The position numbers and the translations under genes were made by a program. Shown here in pieces: positions 53,065 to 64,000 of a stretch of 64,000 nt of DNA; position 1 is the stretch's first letter; each line of letters opens with the position of its first letter. The notes beneath the pieces were generated by a model. The model was not told the DNA's origin, did no database searches, and saw only the letters and a list, made by a program, of their open reading frames with translations. The stretch is from NCBI RefSeq assembly GCF_006345805.1, contig NC_043019.1, forward strand, positions 21,389,360 through 21,453,359, given 5' to 3'. This DNA comes from Octopus sinensis (Eukaryota).

Positions 53065-53445
53065 TTTGGCACTCCATCGGTTATGAAGACGAGGGTTCCA
53101 ACTGATCCAATCAATGGAACAGCCTGCTTGTGAAATTTATGTGCAAGTGACTGAGCATTCCACAGACACGTGTACCCTTAACGTAGTTCTTGGGGAGATT
53201 CAGCATGACACAGAGTGTGACAAGGCTGGCTCTTTGAAATACAGGTACAACAGGAACAGGAAGAAAGAGTGAGAGAAAGTCATGGCAAAAGAGTACAGCA
53301 GGGTTTGCCACCACCTCTTGCTGGAGCCTTGTGGTGCTTTAGGTGTTTTCGCTCAATAAAAACTCACAACGCCCGGTCTGGGAATTGAAACCGCGATTCT
53401 ACGACCATAAGTCCACTGCCCTAACCACTGGGTCATTGCACCTCG
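53065..53445 (-). mobile_element. Family C SINE (tail X)
   Basis: Reverse complement of 46268-46650, more diverged. Confidence 0.78.
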
Positions 53446-54431
53446 CCTCCACACACACACATATATATAGACACATACACACAGACTTGTAGATGTCACC
53501 TCCTATGTGTGTGTGTGTGTGTATACATACATATAGGCATGAAGAATGGAAAGAGCTGAAACACTTATTGCAAGGAATTTAACTTATGCACCACTGATTT
53601 GATCAATCCACTTTTTTGTGTTCTAAATATTCTTAATCAGGAGAGAAAGCAGTGCTCATAACCCTTCACAGGGTCTTCTGGGGTCCTTACACAAATGCTT
53701 ACAACAGAACAAATTCCACTAAAGATACTCAGTGTGCTACATGGTCTTAGACCAAATGATCCATTAAGTCTACCACCCAAGTAGTCCATGGTGGGACTAG
53801 AACTCAGAACAAGTACGATAAGATATCTGGTTCAACGTTCTTACAGTTCCACCAAACCACTGCTCTGATTAAATACTTTTTTTTTATTGACCCCCCATAA
53901 AAGGATGAAAAGCAAAGTTGACTGCAGAGTGCAGAGAGTCAGAGAAAATACTGCAAAGCATTTTTGTCCGACACTCGACTGACTCAGTTTGCTGCCCTCT
54001 ATTTGACAATACAGATCAATAAAAGAATTAGCAGACTGAATAAATTACTGGGGATCAATATGATTGATTAAAATGTTTCAAGGATTCGTCTCCCCAATAT
54101 GACTGCAGTCCAAACTGTTGAAATGCGTGTCAGAGGAGAGAAAGTGGAGGAAAAAGAAATTGAATAGCGAGAATGATGACAAATATTTACAGAGATGAGT
54201 ATTCTCAAACACAAACAGAAGAAGAAAAAAAGAAAAAAATCCTAAGAAGAACAACTTTATCAAGTGGCAGAAGATAAAGACATTTAAAACGCAAGCTAGG
54301 GATGGAGAGCAACAAATAACAGAAACATATATATATATATATAATATATATCCATACATACACATATATGTGTATATATATATTATATATATATATACAG
54401 CATATATGTGTATATAATATATATACATGCA

Positions 54432-54463
<32 letters not shown>

Positions 54464-54498
54464 CATGCATATATGTATATATATATACATGCATATAT

Positions 54499-54539
<41 letters not shown>

Positions 54540-54650
54540 TACATACATACATATATGTATGTATGAATGTATATGTGCATGTGTATATACATATGTTTAT
54601 GCATATATAAATATATATATACATATATAATTAAATATGCATATATATGC

Positions 54651-54681
<31 letters not shown>

Positions 54682-55689
54682 ATATATATACACACATACA
54701 TACACATATATATACACATTTATGTATATAGATGCACATACAGAGAAAGTGTGAGAGAATTCACAAAATAAATTGAATGCTTTAGGAATGGTTTTTATTA
54801 AATCTGTTAATTCTAATTAGAATTTAACTTCTTTGTTTTCTTTTCAACATCTGAATCATTTCTCCACCTTCCCCACCAATGTCTCCTCATTTAATTCACA
54901 AGAGATTGCAATTACAAACATTACCTATCTATCCATCTATCTATCTATCTATATATATATATATGTATATATTAGAACGTTTGGAGATGATGTACAGATA
55001 TTTTATATTAGAAGAAATGAGGTACTCAGAAATTTGGATGGTTTTATATTTACAGATATTTATTTGTATATTACATGTTTTTATACGTCATATAACTTAT
55101 ATCATATATTAGCGCTTTCTCCCATTCTAGTGGGTTTTTCAAATTGAACTATATATGTATGTATGTATATACACACACATGCAAATTTATAGGTATAATT
55201 TAATTAAAATGCACTGCTCTACAATCTATTTGTATTCCTCAGGCACTGATAAAGACATCGTCTTCAAGTAGGAATTACCAGGAAGGTAAATCAAGGTGGT
55301 CCTGCACTTTGTCTCACCTGCCTAATAGGAGAGTGATTAATATGTATGGATACAGGCATGGTTATATGGTTAAGAAGTTTTCTTAGAAATCCTGTGGTTT
55401 TTGCTTCCATTGTGCAACACCTTGGACAAGTGTCTTTCTATGGGTGGAAGCCAACCAACACCTTTAAAGTGTTTTAGGCAGACAGAAACAATGTACAAAC
55501 CAACCTGTTGTGTATATACATATATACTAATGTAAACTAATAAAGTTGGTTTTTGGTTCATCATATATCTGTATTTTTGAAAAGTTACCATTATTGAAAC
55601 CTACTGTTCTGAAATATTACATTCATGCTCTCTACTCTATCTGACTTTTTTTAATCACTACTGTAATGGCTTCTGTTCCTTGAGAGGTG

Positions 55690-55900
55690 GTTCATTTTGC
55701 ATCATTGTATCATCTCCACTCAGCCATTCTCATCTCTACTAGTGTACTTCATATCTCATCACTCCTGTTGCATCCAACCCTCGAAGCTCTGTTCTAGCTA
55801 CTACGCTCAAGCCTTCCTCCTCAGAATATCATCCCTCTGGAATCTCTTCCTTCAGATGTCAACTTGCAACACTTTAAATGGATCATAAACACCACCAATC
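55690..55900 (+). mobile_element. Degraded LINE 3' fragment (CR1/Jockey group)
   Basis: YAQAFLLRISSLWN, then frameshifted VNLQHFKWIIN. Confidence 0.55.
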
Positions 55901-56026
55901 TCAGATGACCAGCAAATGCCATGGCCACTGCTCCAACTTCCAGATCCAGCAAGTGAAAAAACAAAAAACAAAAAAGAAAAACACAAGTCTTATACAGCTA
56001 GTACAGTTTAAACCCACAATTTAAAT

Positions 56027-56255
56027 CAGTGGTTTTCAACTGGGGTCCATAAAAGACTTTCATTCTTTAAATTTATCTGCAATAAATTGGTTATACTTTT
56101 ACAATACACAAAATATTTGAACTTTTTATAGAATTCCTAATAATATTTAATTATAAAAATACAGTAGGATTTTTTCAAATAGCTATGGAGGTCCATCCGA
56201 GTAAAATTGGAATCAAAGGGGTCCACAGGCAAGAAAAAATGGTTGAGAATCACTG
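56027..56255. mobile_element. hAT-type MITE
   Basis: TIRs CAGTGGTTTTCAAC / GTTGAGAATCACTG; perfect 8-bp TSD ATTTAAAT. Confidence 0.88.
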
Positions 56256-57212
56256 ATTTAAATGAAAATTTTGGAGGAGAGGGGTCTTTTCCCAACCTGA
56301 GATTGAAACAATGTTGGCAGGTTTCACTCTCTGGAAACTTACTTATCAGTTGTGTTCTTCCCTTTCTAGCATATGCGGAAGAAAAAAAAAAGCACTATTT
56401 GCAAGTTTGTGTTTGTTTAACATAAACCAAACAAATTCCACAGTTAACATTAAATAATTAAGTCTATCTTTATCACCTCTATACTATCACTCCTTTTCTC
56501 TCTCTATCTGTCACAAACACACACACAGACTATTACTCTCTCTCTCTCTCTCTTTCTATGCCATGCACACTCATTATTCCATTCTCACAACCAAACACAC
56601 ACACACACACACACAAATTATATATACATATAGATAAATGCTGACACAAACTACCATTCCGTCTCTACAACATCCAACTCTTTCTCTGTTCCACACATTA
56701 ATACTACAACTATCTCACATGCACACACTCAAATTATCATTCTTTTTCTTCTATGCACACACACACACACACATACAGACACACACACACAATTACTCTC
56801 TCTTTTTCTCTCTCTTTCCCATGCATGAATACAACCACAATCTTATACTTAACACATAAGCTATTACTACCAGACACATTCATACACACACACACACATA
56901 TATAAATATATTCAACAGTTAGCGTGTATATATGAGGAGTTTCATTTCTTCCGTTTTTATTATATATACTAGAAGGTGTCAGCAGGGAATCCCTTACCCC
57001 TGTCTCTCTCACTCTCACATCCTCATGGGTATTCCATTTACCTCCCACTCATTCTATTCTTCCTTCTTTCCTCTCATAAGTGTTTAAAGTACACACACAC
57101 ACACATGAACACAGAGTGGTTTCCTTTTTGCTCCTTTCTATAAATTCCTATATACAAAAGTGTTAGAAAGCTTCAAGTGAACTTGATAGACGGAAACTGT
57201 GTGGAACCCCTT

Positions 57213-57255
<43 letters not shown>

Positions 57256-57257
<2 letters not shown>

Positions 57258-57480
57258 TTCTTTACTACCCACAAGGGGCTAAACACAGAGGGGACAAACA
57301 AGGACAGACAAAGGGATTAAGTCGACTACATCGACCCCAGTGCGTAACTGGTACTTAATTTATCGACCCCGAAAGGATGAAAGGCAAAGTCGACCTCGGC
57401 GGAATTTGAACTCGGAACGTAACGACAGACGAAATACGGCTACGAATTTCGCCCGGCGTGCTAACATTTCTACCAGCTCG

Positions 57481-57484
<4 letters not shown>
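57256..57484 (-). mobile_element. Family B SINE nested in the microsatellite of an older family A copy
   Basis: Near-consensus copy; family A parts at about 57185-57225 and 57520-57835 flank it. Confidence 0.82.
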
Positions 57485-57525
<41 letters not shown>

Positions 57526-57667
57526 TGTGTGTTTGTTTGCATCTGTGTTTGTTCACCACCTACTGCTTGATGGCTAGTGTTGGCTTGAATGCACCCCCCA
57601 TAACTTAGCAGTTCAGCAAAGAATACTGCTATAATTAGAATATGTACAATCACACACACACACTCTG

Positions 57668-57702
<35 letters not shown>

Positions 57703-58084
57703 CTTTCCCATGCATGAATACAACCACAATCTTCAAAACACTAAATAAATACTGGAGGTGATCTGTTTGACTAAAACCCCTTCAAGGTGGTGCTCCAGCA
57801 TGACCAAGTCCAATGACTGAAACAAGTAAAAGACAAAAGCTACTTATATCATAAAGGGTTCAAATTTTGGCCACCAGGTTTGGGGGAAGGGGTGAGCCAA
57901 TTACATCAACCCCAGTGTTCAACTGGTACTTATTTTATCGATCCCGAAAGAATGAAAGGCAAATTTGACCCATGCAGTATTTGAACTCAGAACATAAAGT
58001 TGGGGAAAAAAACCAGCAGAGCAATTTGTCTGGCACAGTAACAATTCTGCCAGCTTAGTGTGTTAATATATATATATGTGTGTA

Positions 58085-58725
58085 TCTACGTGTGTATGTT
58101 TATATATGTGTGTATGTATGTATGTATGTATGTATGCATGTATGCATGTATGTATGTATGTATGTATGTATGCATGTATGTATGTATGTATCTATGCATG
58201 CATGTATGTATGTATCTATGCATGTATGTATGTATGTATCTATGCATGTATGTATGTATGTATCTATGCATGTATGTATGTATGTATCTATGCATGTATG
58301 TATGTATGTATCTATGCATGTATGTATGTATGTATGTATCTATGCATGTATGTATGTATCTATGTATGTATGTATGTATGTAGTATGTATGCATGCATGC
58401 ATGTATGTATCTATGCTGTATGTATGTATGTATCTATGCATGTATGTATGTATGTATGTATGTATGTATGCATGCATGCATGTATGTATCTATGCATGTA
58501 TGTATCTATGCATGTATGTATGTATGCATGCATGCATGTATGTATGCATGCATGCATGTATGTATGCATGCATGCATGTATGTATGTATGCATGCATGCA
58601 TGTATGTATGTATGTATCTATGTATCTATGTATGTATGCATGCATGTATGTATGTATCTATGTATGTATGTATGTACATATGTATGTATGGATGTATGTA
58701 CGTACGTATGTACGCATGCACGCAA
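58085..58725. repeat. (TATG/CATG/TATC)n compound microsatellite
   Basis: Directly visible; source of the MYVC-type ORFs. Confidence 0.95.
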
Positions 58726-58860
58726 GTATTAAGTATTGGGAAGCTGTTGTGTGAATATACTGACAGGATGTAGGTTATAGAGAATGTGTGTCACCATGGA
58801 TGTGTAGGTGGAGAATGAGTGAAGTGGCAGGAGTCTGATCAGGCAGCTGTTAGTTACATG

Positions 58861-59054
58861 GCATGGCTGTGCTGTTAAGACGTTTGCTGCACATCCACAA
58901 GGTTTTGAGTTCAATCTCACTGTGCAGCACCTTGGGTGAGTGTCTTCTATTACAAACCTGGTGTCAATAAATGCCGTGTGAGTGGATGTAGCTGATGGAA
59001 ACTGGGAGGAGGTTCACAGCATACGTGCATGTGTTAGTGTGTGAGTGCATGTGT

Positions 59055-59086
<32 letters not shown>

Positions 59087-59257
59087 CACTGCTTGATACC
59101 TGGTGTTTGTTTATATCCCTGTAACTTTGAGAATTGGGCAAAAAAAAAAAAAATTAAGAATAACTACAAGACTTGAAAAATAAATCCTAGGGTTGATTTG
59201 ATGACTAAGGCCTCAAGGCGGTGCTACTGCATGGCTGCAGTCCAATGATTTAAACAA
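58861..59257 (+). mobile_element. Family A SINE, diverged
   Basis: Degenerate head to tail match. Confidence 0.68.
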
Positions 59258-59302
59258 TTACACATAGACACATATATACGTATATATATATATATACATA
59301 TT

Positions 59303-60480
59303 CTTTTTCTTTCATTCTTTTACTTGTTTCAGTCATTTGACTACAGCCATGCTGGAGCAATGCCTTTAGTCAAACAAATCGATCCCAGGTCTTATTCTTT
59401 GTAAGCCTAGTACTTATTCTATTGGTGTCTATTGCCAAACTGCTAAGTTACAGGGATGTAAACCCACCAACATCAGTTGTCAAGCAATAGTGGGGAGACA
59501 AACACAGACACACAAAGACACACATACATATATATACTTTGTAGGCTCGAAAGAAATGAAACTAGCATGATCCGCTGGATGTGTATGTCAGTGTGCACTC
59601 ACGACAGAGTGTACGCGCCCTGAGAGAAATGTTGGACATACGAAGCATAGGATGTGGTGTGCAAGAGAGAAATTTGCACTGGTATGGTCATGTACTATGG
59701 ATGGATGAGGAGAGATGTGTGAGGAAATGCCACTCCCAAACTGTTGAAGGAATCCGGGGTAGAGGTAGACCTAGGAAGACATGGGATGAGGTGGTCAAGC
59801 ATGACCTTCGAATGTTGGGCCTCACAGAGGCAATGCCGAAAGACCGAGACCTCTGGAGATATGCTGTGACTGTGAAGACCTGGCAAATAAAGTGAGTTCA
59901 TGGCTGTATCCTACACCAGTTTCGCATAACCAGCCCCAGCCCATTCTAAAGTACCTTGGATTGTAGGGTGACCTACTGTGCTTGAGGAGACCTATTGAGT
60001 CAAGTACATCAACATCAAAATGAAAATCAAATGGAAATTGTAGTTGTGATACCCGTGCCGGTGGCATATAAAAAGCACTATCTGAATGTGGCCGATGCCA
60101 GCGCTGCCTTGACTGGCTTCTGTGCCAGTGGCATGTAAAATGCACCAACTGATCATGGTCACTGCCAGCTTCCTCGGGCCCCTGTGCTGGTGGTACGTAA
60201 AAAGCACGCACTACACTCACAGAGTGGTTGGCATTAGGAAGGACATCCAGCTGTAGAAACGCTGCCAGATCAGACTGAGCCTGGTGCTAACATCCAACCC
60301 ATGTTAGCATGGAAAATGGACGTTAAACGATGATGATGATGATGATGATGATGGGCTTCTTTCAGTTTCTGTCTACCAAATCCACTCAAAAGGCTTTGGT
60401 TAGCCTGAGGTTTATGGTAGAAGGTGTCACACAGAACCATGTGGTTGGAAAGCAAGCTTCGTACCACACAGCCACTCATA
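59303..60480 (-). mobile_element. Family A SINE split by an RTE insertion (tail 59303-59535, head 60354-60480)
   Basis: The two halves flank the RTE fragment exactly at the SINE central microsatellite. Confidence 0.75.
59540..60352 (+). mobile_element. RTE-clade LINE, 5'-truncated (RT C-terminus, 3'UTR, (ATG)n tail)
   Basis: RLERNETSMIRWMC, then a 1-nt frameshift, then VSVHSRQSVRALREMLDIRSIGCGVQERNLHWYGHVLWMDEERCVRKCHSQTVEGIRGRGRPRKTWDEVVKHDLRMLGL..DRDLWR. The WYGHV, RGRPRKTW and DRxxWR motifs are typical of RTE. Confidence 0.9.
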
Positions 60481-60591
60481 TAGATACACACACATACAAA
60501 TATATATATATATATATGTAACTCGATACATATATGTACATACACAAACATGTACATATATACATACATGCATATATATATACACATATGG

Positions 60592-60634
<43 letters not shown>

Positions 60635-60660
60635 TACACATATATATATACATATGGACA

Positions 60661-60706
<46 letters not shown>

Positions 60707-60912
60707 CATATATACACATACATATATATATACATATATACACATACATATATATATATACAGATATACACATACATATATATATATATACAGATATACA
60801 CATACACACACATATATATACATACATTATCTGCATGCACACATGCAAATAAACATGCAAGCACAGATATATACATACATATACACATGCACACACACGT
60901 ATACATATACAC

Positions 60913-60981
<69 letters not shown>

Positions 60982-62329
60982 CGTGCTTACATACACACCA
61001 ATACATAAATTCAAACATGGACTTGTGTGTGAATCCTTCATGAATAAACAAAACTCTATGCTTCATGTAACATCTGCTGAATTCAGACTGATATTCCACC
61101 CACTACGCACGTCCGCATTGACAGGTATTTACCATAACTTACATCCTGCTAGTCAATCCCGCATCCCAGGTATGCCCCCAGCTTTCCCAATTCTTTATAT
61201 CTAAATAAAGAGAGTGGGGTTGTTACCCTTTAATATATTCTTACTCTGGGGAATTCATTACTTTTCCTGTTGAATCTGTCACTGAATTTGTGCAAACAAA
61301 ACCAAAATAATTTCAATCCCACAGAACCAACCGATACCCTATAGTTACAAATATTCTTTGACTCTTTAACTGGTTTCACTGTTTGGTGCTGGGTGCTGGG
61401 TTTTTGTACATCTTGCATCTGCTTAATTCCAGTCCCATTCCATTAATGTAGCTAACCCAAGGCGACTGTGGAAAACACTTGCCTAAATTGCAGCACAGTA
61501 TAGATCAAATGTTGAAACATATGGTTACAGAGCCAATTTCTTAATTATTATGCAACTGCTGTGTTAACATATCATCATCATCGTTTAGCGTCCGCTTTCC
61601 ATGCTAGCATGGGTTGGACGGTTCAACTGGGGTCTGGGCAGCCAGAAGGCTGCACCAGGCCCAGTTTGATCTGGCAATGTTTCTATGGTTGGATGCCCTT
61701 CCTAATGCCAATATATTTTCACATATATTAATTTGACAAGTATTTTACACTATTTTTCTGTACTTAAATATACTGGCACTGCGTTGCTTATGACAATGAG
61801 GGTTCCAGTTGATCTTGATCAACAAAACAGTCTGCTTGTGAAATTTACATGCAAGTGGCTGAACAATTCACAGACATGCGTACCATAAAACATGACAACC
61901 CTAACCCTTTGAAACACAGGTACTAACTCATTTTTGCTAGCTGAGTGAATTGGCAAAATAGAAACGATCATCAGTAATGTATGGTGTAATCATCAATTAA
62001 AGATGTGATCTTCTCTATTCTTGTTCTTGTTGTCATATACTCCAAATTTCTTGAAATACATCTAAGTGATATTTGGATTTATTTGTCATACACAAAGAAT
62101 TACTTTGGATATTAATTCTACTTGAATTTATTAATATCTGATTGTTTAATTGAAACAAGTTTGTTTAACACTGAGTGCTTTCTAGATATCTGCCTGGATT
62201 TATTAATTCCTTTTACTTATTATTATTATTATTATTATTGTGTGTGTGTATACATATATATATACACACACACACACACATACACATACATATATATACA
62301 CATATATCTTTCATCTTTCTTATTGTTTC

Positions 62330-62612
62330 ATCATCATCATGGATGGTTTGACTGAGGACTGGTGAGCCAGAGGCTGCACCAGGCTCTAATCTGATCTGGC
62401 AGAGTTTCTACAGCTCGATGCCCTTCGTAACGCCAACCACTCCGAGAGTGTAGTGGGTGCTTTTACGTGCCACCGGCATGAGGGCCAGTCAGGCGGTTCT
62501 GGCAACGACCACGCTCAAAAGGTATTTTTTACATGCTACCTGCATGGGAGCCAGTTCGGTGGCACTGGCAACGACCACGCTCAAATGCTGTTTTTCATGT
62601 GCCACTGGCATG
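62330..62612 (-). mobile_element. RTE 3'UTR fragment
   Basis: Three hairpin units, reverse complement. Confidence 0.75.
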
Positions 62613-62634
62613 TGATGGTATGGTGACTCTAGGG

Positions 62635-62950
62635 TTTCGTTCAAATGAATCACTTCCAGTCCATATTTTTCTAAGCCTGGTACTAATTCTATTAGTCTCT
62701 TATGCTGAACCACCAAATGAAAACCTGCTGTGAAGAGGTGGTGGGAGAGAAAAGACAGACGTACACACAGATATATACAAACATCCACACATGGTGGGCT
62801 TCTTTCAGTTTCTATCTATCAAATCCACTCACAAGACTTTGGTTAGCCAGAACTAGAAGACACTTTCTTATGGCACCATGCTGTGGGACTGAACCCGGGA
62901 CCATGTGATTGGGAAGCAAACTTCTTACCACAAAGCCATGCTTGCTCCTA
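62635..62950 (-). mobile_element. Family A SINE, diverged
   Basis: Reverse-complement match. Confidence 0.65.
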
Positions 62951-64000
62951 AATATATATGAGTATAAATACTAAAGAGAGAATCTGTACATGATCACTTG
63001 ACCTGCTAGTAATAGCAGTGAAATTTCTCTCAGACCATACCTCTATCATCTTAAATAAAGACAATGTAGTCCCTAACAAATAAAAGAATAAGTCCTGGAG
63101 TCGATTTGTTTGACTAAAGGCATTGCTCCAGCATGGCTGTAGTCAAATAACTGAAACAAGTAAAAGAATGAAAGAAAAAGAATATGTATATATATATACG
63201 TATATATGTGTCTATGTGTAATTGTTTAAATCATTGGACTGCAGCCATGCAATGGCACCGCTTTGAGGGTTTAGTCATGAACTATTGAGTTATGTTTCTT
63301 ATACCAAAAATTAATGTTGCTGTTTGACAAAGAGAGAACAATTCAATAAATACCAGAATGAAATAAATACCGGGAATCCAGGAATTGATGTGATTAGCTA
63401 AAAAGACCTTAAAGGTGGTGCCCCAGTATGGCCGCACACTGATGATCAGTAGAAGAATAAACACTGCTATTTCATTATTATTCTCCTGGATTGCCATTTC
63501 TTTCTTATCAGTCCTTTTGGCATGATTAAGAATACAGAAAATGTACATCCAATAATCATATTTGTGGATTATTCTAAATGAATTATCCATACACATGCCA
63601 ACATGGAAAGCGGATGTTAAGCGATGATGATGATGATAATTATTCATAAATATAATTTCTTTTGGAAACCATGGACAATGATCATACGAGTGGAAGTTTT
63701 GAAGGAAATCTGGTTGTTTATCCATCGGATATTATAAATATGGTAATGAAATGAATCCAGATAAAATTGTGGCACTAATACCATATTAGAGATGACATCG
63801 TAATTAAATATCTATGAGAGAGATTATCCTTTACGATCTTCCATTTCTATTCTCTCATATACCCATGTTGCATCTTGAGGGTATGCCCTCACCATCTCTT
63901 CTGCTCATTCCAGCTGGGAGGAGCCATGTATTTTCTCGTTGTGTATACTCTTTACTCTTTTACTTGTTTCAGTCTGCGGCCATGCTGGAGCACTGCCTTT

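Noticed and set aside
60050-60215. CRISPR-like repeat/spacer appearance (also 49990-50125)
   Set aside because: Eukaryotic context, related spacers, no cas genes, and the arrays lie inside transposons.

Overview
AT-rich animal genomic DNA, very dense in microsatellites. The repeat families point to an octopus; this is inferred from SINE sequence, not shown by a search. The only host protein-coding content I can support is four minus-strand exons (40408-40604, 23327-23421, 14457-14526, 2395-2526). They splice in frame with canonical GT-AG sites and encode one complete PDZ domain, a linker and the start of the next PDZ domain of the MPDZ/PATJ multi-PDZ scaffold. The gene runs off both ends of the window, with introns of about 17, 8.8 and 12 kb. 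The rest is intronic. It holds several tRNA-derived SINE families (CORE-like, Nin/Deu-like, Meta-like) and 5'-truncated LINEs (RTE, CR1-like, R4/Dong-like). It also holds an internally deleted Tc1/mariner (maT-like) element, hAT-type and piggyBac-type MITEs, two non-autonomous Helitrons, fold-back elements, minisatellites and a 100-N gap. The most interesting observations are these. A LINE 3' end is shared with the dominant SINE and shows compensatory stem-loop changes. SINE families swap heads and tails. Several locally templated duplications occur, one of them inverted. The RTE 3'UTR carries a hairpin-unit array, and there are long hairpins inside the pre-mRNA. I found no clearly new biological system. 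Repeat coordinates are approximate (about 10-20 bp); exon and TIR coordinates were counted exactly. Family names come from recalled motifs.
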